Virus record (IMG/VR): IMGVR_UViG_3300034284_001491
Coordinates: 20,462-84,461 of that record
Strand: one strand, 5' to 3'
Length of the DNA stretch: 64,000 nucleotides
Source: a virus
The position numbers were made by a program, and so were the translations under genes. The notes under the pieces are model-generated. The model ran no database searches. It was given only the letters and a program-made list of their open reading frames with translations, and was not told the origin of the DNA. Shown piece by piece: positions 20,101 to 31,100 of this stretch (positions are counted from its first letter, which is position 1; each line of letters begins with the position of its first letter).

Positions 20101-22071
20101 TTCTTTTATGATTGGTTAAGTGGACAACCAGATAGATTTGAATATGATTATAGAAAATATTCTATGATTCCATATCCAAGATATTGGATAAATACAGAAA
20201 AATATATTACATCAAAAGTAATTCAAGATTTAATTCCAGGACTCGGATGTGAAGAGGAAGGAGATGATAATGCACTTAATACTCTAACATATCAAGATAG
20301 ATTTCCAAGCGATCAATCATCACTATCTAGAAAAAGAAATGTAACTGGATTTAATTTAGAGGCTATTAGTGGTTTATTTTGTAATGGTGACGAAGTACTA
20401 TTTAGAATAGATGGTTGGTTTTATTTATTTTATTCAGGAGTAAAAGATTTTTATGTAGAATCTGAAATTAATTTAGCTCAAAGAGATCATGATGATTTAA
20501 TAGAAACAAGACATTATGATCATAAAGAATTCACTGATATAAATCAAATGTTTAATTCTGATATAATTAAAGAATTAAACTATTATAAATATGATCAATC
20601 ATTAAGTGTAGATAGATTTTATAATATCTACACCACTTTTTCTATAATTCAACCAAGATGGTATAATCCTATTGTTGCAGAATCATGTTATGTATATTCT
20701 CCAAAAAGAATTATATATTCTCTACCAATTAAAAAAGAAAATAGAATAGATTTTTGGAAATTTTATCTTGTTAATAATTATTATGAATTTAATTCTAAAA
20801 TAACATCTGTTAGTCCAATATCTAAAAGTGGTGCTCTTGTTCATTTTAAAGATATTAGTCCTGTAGTATTTCAAGGAGTAGATGAATTAAAAACAGATCT
20901 TGGAACTAAACTTACAGTTGGAGATGGTGGATTATTTAGTCAACCATTACAAAATATTGTAAATACAGATGCACCATATGAATATGGTTCATGTCAAGAT
21001 AGATATTCAATTATTAATACACCATTTGGAATATTTTGGATCAGTCAAGATCAAGGTAAAATATTTAACTATGCTGGAAAACTTGATGAAATTTCTAATA
21101 AAGGAATGAGATGGTGGTTTAATAAATATCTTAAATATTTTTTATTAGAAGATTTTCCAAATTTTGAAGAAACCCAAAATCCAGTAATAGGTGTTGGGTG
21201 TCAAGCAATTTATGATAATAAGAATCAAATCATATATTTTACAAAACGTGATTTTAAACTTTTAACATCGGGTGTTTTAAGATATATAGGTAATGATGAA
21301 TTTGAAACAATTGTAGGAAGATTACGAGTTAAACTAGGTGATCCGAGATTTTTTGAAGATGCTTCTTGGACAATATCTTATGATCCTAAAATGCAAATCT
21401 GGATATCATTTCATGATTGGCATCCTGAGTTAATGATTCCAGAAAGAAATACATTTACTACAATTAAAAATAAAGTATTCTATAAACACAATAATACATG
21501 TACAAGTTTCTGTAATTTTTATGGAGTAAATTATCCTTTTGAAATTGAAACAGCATTATCTACTGGGCAATCCGTGACTACAGCAAGAAATGTTGAGTAT
21601 ATGTTAGAATCATATAGATATACAAATAACTGTATAGATAATCATCACTTACTTGATCATAACTTTGATAATATGATTATTTATAATAGTGAGCAAATTT
21701 CAGGTGTACTTAATTTAGTACCACATCCTAAAAATGATCCTATTACAATGATATCATATCCTATAATAAATCCCAATAGTATTGATGTTTTATATAGTAA
21801 AGAAGAAAATAAATATAGAGTAAATCAGTTTTGGGATATTACTAGTGATAGAGGAGAATTTACTAGTAATACAAATATTTTATGGGAAACTGCAACTAAT
21901 GGATATGCTAAAGCAATTAGACCAGGATCAGTGAATTATGCTAAATCTCCATTAGAAAGAAAGAAATTTAGACATTATTCTACTAGAGTTATTCTAAGAA
22001 AAAATATCTCTAACAATATTAAGATGTTTTATAAATTGTTTAATCTTAAACAAGCACAGTCTTACCGATGA
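17137..22071 (+). CDS. Tail stabilization/muzzle protein (P22 gp10-like, crAss muzzle)
   Basis: 1644 aa, beta-propeller-like composition with LRDEIYSFFIRW, GGDNYIGRY and WTISYD...WISFHDW motifs; sits between the tubular and cargo genes. Confidence 0.75.
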   Translation: MASKDKNTGQNLNIESAVFNKGMMMDFDDLIVPEGVWIRARNAVNNSQNGNIGVIGNEPSNVECLTVNYDVIGLIYISDGTWVIFLTNDIASEIGIYREDGCSYTRLYKELSNTCLNFKRTNLITGISREKVDCTRQIYFADGLNPDRSFAIKQDYSGIVDDYYQETITNVQTGEDPDEDCEIVQYNFNQLDCDKIRLNPLMNPPCVKLKRATYSGSLLNGTYQVFIAYTIDGQRVTDYIGKSNPQSLYKHENANSSLEVIIESIDERFDEFELVVVSFYNGQTQAKKMGIYSTQVGSIFIDIISNELSNIPTGLLPLVSTIYEKSEAIYKNNNYALRVAPTSKFDFNYQPLANLIETEWFAAAYPEDYYYKGGNKATYLRDEIYSFFIRWVYADGQKSPSFHIPGRAKNTFDSQIIGPLQLAFLNDTPEEIDNQRWRYENTATRTSPSLPNPINYITGLGINTDDGGVIVAKGKMGYWESTEEYPNYKPDIWNSSAHNWTGVNTPSPEYDLCGQRIRHHKFPDTDIIPHFASENDTIAQLPLPNFNNANCNASYEVLPNTILGFTNYSNTKIILLGVNFNNIKPPVDNNGNLIPGIIGYEILRGNRLGNKTILAKGVVTNLREYNLPEYIDSNIQSQYKQKGLFLNYPFNDLRKDELLSTIKVDGGVNNSCRTNDYPLLGQDSSTLFSNKFIGFHSPETTFYNSFLDIDEIKITGELNGVANGRFVEVNKHPKHALPADIAFILSLFFGWLTSRNALGLTILGIGGGNTQYLTQAGSTQSVTTDNDLLSAPIAGAISKPIQRIYYTIMFSQSYLDAIISIMADRQYALQHIAHCYYSKYTPGIKKTRKIKNASYIGSNRQQVSEKYIINNIYRNRFLCIETENNFIEKPLLTDTSRYSVDKVLGINDISYEDPTNKTVSTTSSCLYASLKFKLRNIYGQLDQIRQLPISTCIHTINQNNRNAVNSTNYTIFGGDNYIGRYTEKNTFFFFYDWLSGQPDRFEYDYRKYSMIPYPRYWINTEKYITSKVIQDLIPGLGCEEEGDDNALNTLTYQDRFPSDQSSLSRKRNVTGFNLEAISGLFCNGDEVLFRIDGWFYLFYSGVKDFYVESEINLAQRDHDDLIETRHYDHKEFTDINQMFNSDIIKELNYYKYDQSLSVDRFYNIYTTFSIIQPRWYNPIVAESCYVYSPKRIIYSLPIKKENRIDFWKFYLVNNYYEFNSKITSVSPISKSGALVHFKDISPVVFQGVDELKTDLGTKLTVGDGGLFSQPLQNIVNTDAPYEYGSCQDRYSIINTPFGIFWISQDQGKIFNYAGKLDEISNKGMRWWFNKYLKYFLLEDFPNFEETQNPVIGVGCQAIYDNKNQIIYFTKRDFKLLTSGVLRYIGNDEFETIVGRLRVKLGDPRFFEDASWTISYDPKMQIWISFHDWHPELMIPERNTFTTIKNKVFYKHNNTCTSFCNFYGVNYPFEIETALSTGQSVTTARNVEYMLESYRYTNNCIDNHHLLDHNFDNMIIYNSEQISGVLNLVPHPKNDPITMISYPIINPNSIDVLYSKEENKYRVNQFWDITSDRGEFTSNTNILWETATNGYAKAIRPGSVNYAKSPLERKKFRHYSTRVILRKNISNNIKMFYKLFNLKQAQSYR

Positions 22072-25000
22072 AAAAATCATTTAAAAAAAATACAAGAGAA
22101 GGATTACCAAACGGACCTAATGAAATAAAAACAACACAATCTGGATTTATTATTTCAGAAAGAGGTCAATGGGATTTTCCAGGATTACCTACAATGATTC
22201 CTTCTAATAATATTACAATGAAGAATGTTCCATATCCTGTATTTGGATTTGATGATTTAGGATATAGTCAAATGATGTATCCTGGTATGGATTATAAATT
22301 TCCAGGAAATCAAGTGTATGAGTTACCTATAGCACAAGTTGGCAAGGAAAATAAAGTTCCTTCATATGAAGATTTATATAAAGAATATAATATTGTTCAA
22401 TCTCAAGTAAATGATTATTTAAGAAATAATAAAGGACGAGAAGAAGAAAGAAATTATAGACTTAGATTAAATGATACAGCTAATAAACTTATAGAACAAG
22501 GAATAGATGTAAGAGAAGAAGGATATATTCCAGATCATATAAAAAATAGTCCTGAATTTAGAGCTGATTGTATAAGTGGTACTTGTAGAATTTTAAATGA
22601 AATTGGAGAACCAACTAAATATTATAGCAACACTCTTTTGCAAGATGATGTAATTGCTGGAAAAGTTCCAGGAAGAACATTTGATTATAGTGTTAAAGGA
22701 ATTGTTCCTGGGGATATTTTACAATTTAAATCAGATGAAAAAAGTTATCCGTTTCATGCTTATTTAATCCAAGATATTTCTGAACCGGATGCAAAAGGTA
22801 ACAGAACAGTTAAAGTTGCTGGATCTTCAGGAAATGGACCATTGAGAAATGAAATATATATATTAACCCCAGATAATAAAATTACAGATACATGGGGTAA
22901 TCCAAGATACGTTCAAACTATAAGAAGAGAAAGATTTGATAAAAATCCAGTACCTAATGATCTTTTAAAAAGAAGAGATGAATTAAAATCTAATTTAGAA
23001 AAATACTATCCTAATGCATTTAAAAATTTTGATGTAGATACTGATGCATTTAAACCAACAGCTTTTATAAGAAATAACAATAATAAATTAAATCTAGGTA
23101 ATCCAGGATTCCCTTCAGAAACTATTAATTTAGATGAATCTAAATTAGATGAAATATTAACTCAGTTTTCTGATCCAGATTTTAAAAGTAATTTTATGAA
23201 GCAACAAAAAGTCAGTAATGATGAGTATGATGCTATTGTAAAAAATGTAATTGGTATATATGGTGCAGAATCCAAATTTGGAACAGGATATGGTAGAGAG
23301 CCTTTATGGCTACAAAAATTTTTAGCAGGTCCAAAAGGAATTCAATCAGTGGGACCTTTTCAGATTAATCCTAAAATGCTTAAAACAAAAAGATTTTCTA
23401 GAAATGATTTATTTGATCCTATTTTAGGTTCTGAAGCTGCTGCAATATTTCTTGCTGAAAATTTACCATTACTTAGAAATAGAGCTGGTTTAAAACCTGG
23501 AGATGATCACTATAGTGAAAATTTAAATAAAGATAACTATTTAGAATATATTCCATATTTAATGAATCAACAAGGTTTATTATTAGGAGATAATTATACA
23601 GAGGAAGAAAAACCAGGAAGAATAGCAAGATTTTTTGGAGCTGACCCTACACCTACACCAGAAAATAAATTAACGGGTGATTCAGAATATAATCAAGCAG
23701 TAAAAAGATATATTGAAAATCTTGGTGTACAAGCAATTCCTGCTAGTATGTCTAATCCTGTTACAATATCTGATTATCAAGATGGTGGTATATTTAATCC
23801 CAATACAGATGAGTTTATTGGATTTGTTGATGAGTTGCCTAAAGCTCAAGATGGTGAAGAAACCAAAGCTAAACCCATAACTAATATTGATCTAGCACCT
23901 ATTGAAATAACTGCTAAAAGAACAATTTGGGATAAATTAAAAGGATTTGCAAGACAATTCCCAGGAGTTGATTTTGATGAATATCAAAGATCTAAAGCAT
24001 TACAAGAAAAATATCAAAATGCTTGGTTTCCTGAATCACCTAAAAATTTACAATTTATAGAACAAAGAGCACTAGAAGATGGTAAAAGTGCTTATAGACC
24101 TAGTACACTACAATTTAATCCTATTACTGGTGAAATAATGCCTGCTAGTGGAAGAATAGATCCTGATGATACTTTTGATTTAGCTTTATTACCTGCTAGT
24201 CTACCTTTTAAAGCTACAAGTAGATTAGGTAAAATAGGATTAGGTGCTATTGAAATGGTAAATCCAATTAGTGGATTTCGTAATTTATTTCCAACTTATA
24301 AAAATATTTATAGAATAGAACCTACATCATGGTCTAAAGATCCTACTGATGCTTTAAGTGGAAGATGGTTTGGTGAATTAGAGGAAATGCCTTTTTATGT
24401 AAAAAATTTAAAAGATAAAGATGCTGGTTATAGAATAATGAGAAAAAAAGTAAGTGAAAAGAAGTGGAAAAAAATATCAGGTGAAAATATGCCAGATGAA
24501 GCAAAAAAAATGAGTATTGGTCCAGGAAAATATGGTACTTATGATAATGCTTCTAAATCTGGTGAATTATCTCAAGCACAAGCAAGAAGATTAACTCTTG
24601 GTGCACATATACCTTCTGATGTAGAACATGCTTCTTTAAATAAAAATCTTATAAATTTAAATGAAGGAATTCTTCCAGAAGAAGTAGTTAGCAAAATTAG
24701 ATTAGGAAATCCAAGAAAATTTTTATCTTCTTCTGGAAAAGTAGAATATCCTGCTGGAGAATTAGGAAAAGAAGGTGCAACAGATCATGTATTTCACTTA
24801 TTATATCAGCAGTTTAAAAATCAAGGATATGAAAAACCAATATTAGGAATTCCTAGAAAATACTTTCCATTTAAAAATGGAGGTTTATATAATTCATATA
24901 TGTATCAGGTAGGTGGTCCTAAAGATGATGATGATAAAAAACGTGTGTTAGTAACTCCTAATGGATTAGTGGCCCCTACATTAAATACATTTGAAGTAAT

Positions 25001-28000
25001 AGAAGAAAGAACACCATTACAAAAAATATATGATGAAGAATTTCAAAAGAGACTAAATGCCGATAAAGCATTTCAAGAAAAATGGTATCCTGGTCAAGAA
25101 TATGATCCCACTAATATAGAAAAAAGAGCTGTAATGGCAGCTAATGATAAAGTTTCTAAATATATAATAAATCAAAGAAATAAAGAAGGTAAGACAAGAA
25201 ATAGTTATGCTAATAGACAAGAGTTTTTAAAAGCATTAACTGATGAAGAAAAAAAATATATAGGGCAATCTAATTTAGCAGGTTATTTAGAACCCGATGC
25301 AGGTTCTAGATTTAGAGCAGCTTGGCATAATATAAATCATTTAGGGCAAGGATTTTTAAACACCGATCCTGATTTAACACAAGAAGAAGCTAATAACATT
25401 AGTAGATGGAATGCATTTGCACCACTTGGTGTACCATTAAATGCATTAAGAGCTACTCTAACAGGAGATAATATTGGAGAAGCTTTTAAAGGAGAAACTT
25501 CTAGACCTTGGATGTCAGCAGATGAGCAACCATTAGCAAGTGGTATGGAATCAACTGTTCCATATTTAAATACAGTAGGAGATGTTGGAATGGATCCTCT
25601 TAATTTTTCAGGTATGGGTATTGGTCAAGGATTAAGTAAAGTATTAAATCCATTTAATAAATTCAAAAGATTAAATCCAAATATAACTTCTTCTGTAGAT
25701 AATGTTGGTAAAGGTTTAACACAAGCATCTAAACGAGCTTGGCAAATGGAAGAACTTCCAGGATTACATTTAAAATCTACAATGGAAGGAGAAGCTATTT
25801 CTAAAATAGTAGAACCTAAAACAGGTTTAATAAATACAGAACAAGCATTAGCTATTATAGGTAAAGAATCAGGAGGTGCTGATAAAGTTGCTCTTATACG
25901 AAAAGGACTAGGAGATAAGATTCCTAAAAAGATGGACTTTAATGAGTTCAGAAAAATAACTCAAGAACAACTTATTCCTTTAGAAAGACAATTTAGTACA
26001 CAAAGCAGTAATTATGGTATAGATAGAATTGGATATCCTGGTGCTACAGATGTAGAAGCAAATATTGATGGTACTTTTAATATTTTTGGAAATCCTACAA
26101 AATTTAAAACAAGAGAAGAGGCTGAAGAATTTTTAAAATTACAATTACCATTAGAAAATCAAACTCTTATATTAGGAAACAAATCTAAATTTGGCAGAGG
26201 ATCTCATGCTCATGGTAATCCAGAAGAAACTCTTGGTCATGTTCACTTTTTAAGGGATGCTGAAACTCCTGATGTATTAACAGTAACACAAATACAATCT
26301 GATGCTTTTCAAGGTACATATAGAATAATGCCAAAAGATTCTAAAAATTTAACTGCTTTAGAAAAACAACAAAAATCTTTAGCAAGAATGGAAGAATTAC
26401 AAGAGCGTAACAAGGCTATTCTTAATAAAATGAAAACTGAAGGTGTTGATGAAGCAGGATTACCAGTTCTAGATTATCAAATAAGACAATTTGAAGATAT
26501 AGTAAAAGCACAAGAAAACACTAACATATTTAAAAAAGCGGATATTGAAAACTTTACTCAAAAACAACTACTTGATAAAAACCATCAAGAAAGATACTTA
26601 CAAGAACTTGTAGATTATGCAGGAAAAAGAGGTGATGTAAATAAGGTTAGAGTGCCTACAAGTGAAACTGCTGCTAAAGTTCAAGGGTACAATCCTATTC
26701 AAGAATCAACACTAGGTCCTGTAACAAAAAAACAACTTGATGAATCATCTACATTTGAAGAATTTTTAACACTAAAGAAGGAACAAATAGGTAATTATAA
26801 ATTAAATAATGAAGAATTAAACACATTTAAAAAAATATACAATGATTATAAAGCTGGTAAGTTAGGAAAAGTGTATGATCCAGCTCATACAACTATTCTT
26901 AAAAAATATTCAGAGCAACCTAAAACTATTAAAAAATTATTTGGTAAAGAACCTACAATAGTAACAGATAGTAAAGGTAATACATGGTATGAATTTGATA
27001 TACCTGAAAAGTTTAAAAAAGGTAAAGGAGAAATTAAAGCTTTTGGACTAGCACCATATATAGGATTAGGAGGAGCAGGAGCATTAGGAGCAGGAGCATT
27101 ACAACAAAATAACCAATCTAAAAAACAATCTAAAGGTGGAAATATATATGCTAATGGAGGATTAGTGAAAGCACAAATAGGTATACAAACGATGAGACCA
27201 GATGCAACATCTGTTAATATGAATTTACCTCAAATAGATCTATCAAAAAAATTAAAATTAACTGAAGAAAATAAAAAACGTATACAAGAATTATTTCCAG
27301 ATAAAAAACAAGCTTTGGAAGAATTAGAATCATTGTATTATAATGCATATGAGGATTTTGGAAGTAGATTTAATAAATTAAATACTTGGCCTGAATTATC
27401 TGGTAAAACAATTAATCTAACAACAGATAGATATCGTGGTGCTAATATTCCTATTGAATATCTTAACATGTTAACTGATTCTGCTAAAAGATTTAAATTA
27501 GATCCTTATTTATTATATGCAATTGCTGGAAGAGAATCAACATTCGGACAAGGTAAGAATAATGAAGGTAGAAATGTTTCTCCAATAAATCTTGTTTCAG
27601 GTTGGAATATAGATGAACCATATAGACCGTATTCATATGAAAGATTCTTAGCCGATAAGAATAGTCCCAATATAATAAAATCAAAAAGTAGTAGTGGACT
27701 TTTCTTTCATACTCCTGAAAAAGAAAATGAATTAAATGAACTTAATAATTATATTATTGAAAATAATTTATTTGATGAATACAAAAATAAAATATCTAAA
27801 TCTCCTAAACTTCAATACACTAATCCATTTGATTTAGTTTCAGAATTTATTGTTAATAAAGGAATTGAAAAATATAATCCAGGAGATCCAGATTATAAAA
27901 ATAAAATCAATAAAGAAATTGAATTATTAAGAAGTGATCCTGAATTTACAAAATACTATAATAGTATGAATAAAAAATTTGGTGGTAGTCTAGAAAAATA

Positions 28001-28091
28001 CCATAATCCAAATAAGTATGGAGGATCTATATATAAAAATGGAGGAACGTATAATCCTAATACTGATGAGATAATAGGTTTTATAGACTGA
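22068..28091 (+). CDS. Multidomain virion cargo protein: NlpC/P60-like peptidase, two lysozyme/SLT-like domains and other polyvalent domains
   Basis: DCISG..PGDILQF..HAYL; GAESKFG..GPFQIN; LLYAIAGRESTFG..KYNPGDPDY; HVHF..QIQSD. Modules are separated by xxGG motifs. Confidence 0.7.
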   Translation: MKKSFKKNTREGLPNGPNEIKTTQSGFIISERGQWDFPGLPTMIPSNNITMKNVPYPVFGFDDLGYSQMMYPGMDYKFPGNQVYELPIAQVGKENKVPSYEDLYKEYNIVQSQVNDYLRNNKGREEERNYRLRLNDTANKLIEQGIDVREEGYIPDHIKNSPEFRADCISGTCRILNEIGEPTKYYSNTLLQDDVIAGKVPGRTFDYSVKGIVPGDILQFKSDEKSYPFHAYLIQDISEPDAKGNRTVKVAGSSGNGPLRNEIYILTPDNKITDTWGNPRYVQTIRRERFDKNPVPNDLLKRRDELKSNLEKYYPNAFKNFDVDTDAFKPTAFIRNNNNKLNLGNPGFPSETINLDESKLDEILTQFSDPDFKSNFMKQQKVSNDEYDAIVKNVIGIYGAESKFGTGYGREPLWLQKFLAGPKGIQSVGPFQINPKMLKTKRFSRNDLFDPILGSEAAAIFLAENLPLLRNRAGLKPGDDHYSENLNKDNYLEYIPYLMNQQGLLLGDNYTEEEKPGRIARFFGADPTPTPENKLTGDSEYNQAVKRYIENLGVQAIPASMSNPVTISDYQDGGIFNPNTDEFIGFVDELPKAQDGEETKAKPITNIDLAPIEITAKRTIWDKLKGFARQFPGVDFDEYQRSKALQEKYQNAWFPESPKNLQFIEQRALEDGKSAYRPSTLQFNPITGEIMPASGRIDPDDTFDLALLPASLPFKATSRLGKIGLGAIEMVNPISGFRNLFPTYKNIYRIEPTSWSKDPTDALSGRWFGELEEMPFYVKNLKDKDAGYRIMRKKVSEKKWKKISGENMPDEAKKMSIGPGKYGTYDNASKSGELSQAQARRLTLGAHIPSDVEHASLNKNLINLNEGILPEEVVSKIRLGNPRKFLSSSGKVEYPAGELGKEGATDHVFHLLYQQFKNQGYEKPILGIPRKYFPFKNGGLYNSYMYQVGGPKDDDDKKRVLVTPNGLVAPTLNTFEVIEERTPLQKIYDEEFQKRLNADKAFQEKWYPGQEYDPTNIEKRAVMAANDKVSKYIINQRNKEGKTRNSYANRQEFLKALTDEEKKYIGQSNLAGYLEPDAGSRFRAAWHNINHLGQGFLNTDPDLTQEEANNISRWNAFAPLGVPLNALRATLTGDNIGEAFKGETSRPWMSADEQPLASGMESTVPYLNTVGDVGMDPLNFSGMGIGQGLSKVLNPFNKFKRLNPNITSSVDNVGKGLTQASKRAWQMEELPGLHLKSTMEGEAISKIVEPKTGLINTEQALAIIGKESGGADKVALIRKGLGDKIPKKMDFNEFRKITQEQLIPLERQFSTQSSNYGIDRIGYPGATDVEANIDGTFNIFGNPTKFKTREEAEEFLKLQLPLENQTLILGNKSKFGRGSHAHGNPEETLGHVHFLRDAETPDVLTVTQIQSDAFQGTYRIMPKDSKNLTALEKQQKSLARMEELQERNKAILNKMKTEGVDEAGLPVLDYQIRQFEDIVKAQENTNIFKKADIENFTQKQLLDKNHQERYLQELVDYAGKRGDVNKVRVPTSETAAKVQGYNPIQESTLGPVTKKQLDESSTFEEFLTLKKEQIGNYKLNNEELNTFKKIYNDYKAGKLGKVYDPAHTTILKKYSEQPKTIKKLFGKEPTIVTDSKGNTWYEFDIPEKFKKGKGEIKAFGLAPYIGLGGAGALGAGALQQNNQSKKQSKGGNIYANGGLVKAQIGIQTMRPDATSVNMNLPQIDLSKKLKLTEENKKRIQELFPDKKQALEELESLYYNAYEDFGSRFNKLNTWPELSGKTINLTTDRYRGANIPIEYLNMLTDSAKRFKLDPYLLYAIAGRESTFGQGKNNEGRNVSPINLVSGWNIDEPYRPYSYERFLADKNSPNIIKSKSSSGLFFHTPEKENELNELNNYIIENNLFDEYKNKISKSPKLQYTNPFDLVSEFIVNKGIEKYNPGDPDYKNKINKEIELLRSDPEFTKYYNSMNKKFGGSLEKYHNPNKYGGSIYKNGGTYNPNTDEIIGFID

Positions 28092-28129
28092 GAAAATTTT
28101 TGTAAATTGTACAATTATACTATATAGTA

Positions 28130-31100
28130 ATGAGAAAAGCATTAGTTAAAAGAGGTGATAAAATTGTTGAGGTAACAATTGATGAAAACACCTATAAAAC
28201 AGGGGGTTCTAATCTTATTAAAAGAAAAGATGGATCATACTCCCAAAGAGGACTATGGGATAATATCAGAGCTAATAAAGGTTCTGGAAGGAAACCCACT
28301 AAACAAATGCTTGATCAAGCAAAAAAAATTACTAGAAATAAAAAACAAGAAGGTGGTGAAGAAATATATGGTAATTATATGTTACCTGAATTTGAAGTAG
28401 AAGAAAATACAGGAATGTATAATCCAAATATTGTTGGACCTTCTGCTCCAAGGTATATACCTTCTGAAACAGGATTTATACCAAATCCAAATTATACTAC
28501 AGGAAGTGGATCAACTGAGTCTATTCCACTTGAATTATTTGCTGCACCTATTGCTAGAGGTTTAAGTTCAGCTATTGGTATGATTCCTCAAAGTTGGGTG
28601 ACTACAGCAGGTACAGCAGGAAGTTTACTAGGATTAGAATCTTGCTCTACAGGTAAATGTAGAGGATTAAAAGCTCATCCTAACTATAAAAAATCTTGGG
28701 GAAAATCTAAAAAAAGAAAAAGACAAGAAGGTGGTGAAGAAAATCAATTTGAAGAATTAGTTGATAAAATAGAAGATGCTTTAGAACAAGGTGCAAATCC
28801 ACAAGAATTATTTCAACAACTAATTAAAATGGGTGTTGATGAAAATTCTGCAAAGGAAATTATACAAACAGCTATTCAAGAGATTCAGGGTGAAGGAGAA
28901 GAAAATGAAGATGAAGAATCTAATAGAATGATGGCTTATGGTGGATCAGCTGATCCATGTCCACCTAATTATTATTGGGATGAAGATGAAGGAAAGTGTG
29001 TTCCTATGTCACAAAGTCTTCCTAGTAGAGATGACTTATATAATAATCCTGAAATGCAAAAGGATTTAGATAGATTAAATTATAAAAGAAATATTCAACA
29101 ATATAAAATAGATTATAACAATAATAAAAATAAATTTTATGAAGATAATTATAAAGGACCAAAAATAAAGGATGAAAAGGGTAGAGTACTACCTGATTAT
29201 AATTCTCCTGAATATAAAGATTTTAAAATATTATATGATGAATATTTAAAAACTTTACCTAATCCTGATAGAAGTTCATTTAAACTTCCAGTAGATTATC
29301 AACAAAAGAATTTTTATCCTAAAGAAGGTGAATGGGATGAAGATTCTAAAAAAGAATTTAATAGATTTTTTAATCCTGAACCTACTCAACAAGAAAAAGA
29401 AGAAGGAATTTTAAAAGAATATTTAAAAAGTAAACCTCAAGTAAATCCGGATTTTTATTATAATGATATTCCAGCTGATGATCCAGTACAACAATATAAA
29501 ATGAATCAGGATCAATTACGTGATTATAGATATGAAGAGGAATGGTGTCCATGTTATAAAATGAGGGAAGAACTAATTGCAGGGAGACCAGTTATGAAAA
29601 AAATCTGTGTACCTTGTGAACAAGCAAAGATGGGTGGGAATCTTGATAAATTTATGCAAAAAGGTGGAGACAAAAAACAATTATCTTCATCAGTAAAAAC
29701 TGCAAGTAACTCAGATGTACTAAGTCAAACTTATAATTATCAAGATCAAAATAAAAGTAATACCACAAATGTAAGTAGAATTATAAATTCTTATGATGAT
29801 GGTAGTCCAAATACAACTAGTTATTCTTATTTAAGTCCAGAAGAAAATTTCTTTTACAATACATCAACAGGAGTAAATTTTAATAACGCTGAACCAATTA
29901 CTCCAGAACAAATAGATTTCTACAAAAGAAAAATTGCTGAAGGATTAAATATACCTTATGATTTTAAAGAAGGTGGATCTTATAGAGTTTATAAAACTAG
30001 TGAACGAAAAGGTAAAACTCATAAGGTAGTAGGTCCAGGTGGTGTCACTAAATATTTTGGAGATCCAAAACTGGGAGAAAGAAGTAAATCTAAATATGGT
30101 AAAAAAGCTTTTTATGCTAGACATAAAAAGAATCTAGATAATAATCCGTTCTTTAGAGCATATGCTAGAGCAACATGGGCAGAAGGTGGTGAACCTTCAT
30201 ACATGAATGAACCAGAATATAAAACAAATTCATTCATTTCTAAAGTAAAAGAAATGGGTCAAATAGAAAATGATAAGAATTTGTATAATAACATTATGGA
30301 ACAATCTCAGCAGATGCTAATGCAAATGGGTGGTATCCAAAAAATTGGATACAATGGTATTAGCAATAGTAATCTTGCAAGTATGCAAGCTATGGAGGGT
30401 GAGTATAATCAGAATTCTAATATATTTAAAGCATTTACAGATATTAATAAAGCTGTTATAGATTCTAAAGGAGATAAGATTAAGGCAGCAATGGAAATGG
30501 CTGGTGCAGCGGGTGCAGCATATCTAGGATTACCTCCTGGAGTTGGGAAGGAAGTAGGTAAGATTGCTGGTGAGGCTACAGTTGGTGCAATTAGTAATAC
30601 AAATAAAACTACACAAAATGTAATAAAAAATCTTGAATCACCAACAGCATATAGTGATTTTAAACAAGGAATAAATAATCAGAGTACAGCACAAAATCCT
30701 ACACAACAACAGCAGTCTGCAAGTAGTGGTTCAAATTCATTATCTGGACTATCTGGAATTTTAGGAGGAGCTGGTGGTGGTTCAGGTGGTGGATCTGGAG
30801 ATGCTTTAGGATCAATGTTAAAAGGTGTAATGTCTAATCCTGAAATGTTAACAAGTTTAATTGGAGCTAGAAGAGGGGGTACACTACGTAAATTTGTAAC
30901 CGCAGGAGAAAATCAAATAAATTTACCAACAAATAATTGGTGGGATATTGGTAATACAACATCTTTTTCAAGTAATCCTCAAAATATTACTGCACCAAAT
31001 CAACCTCAACAATATACAATTGCAGATCAAAGTTTAAATACACCAGCTTTATCTGCAACTCCAGATAATCTTGGAGTATGGAGTGATGATCTAAAAACAT

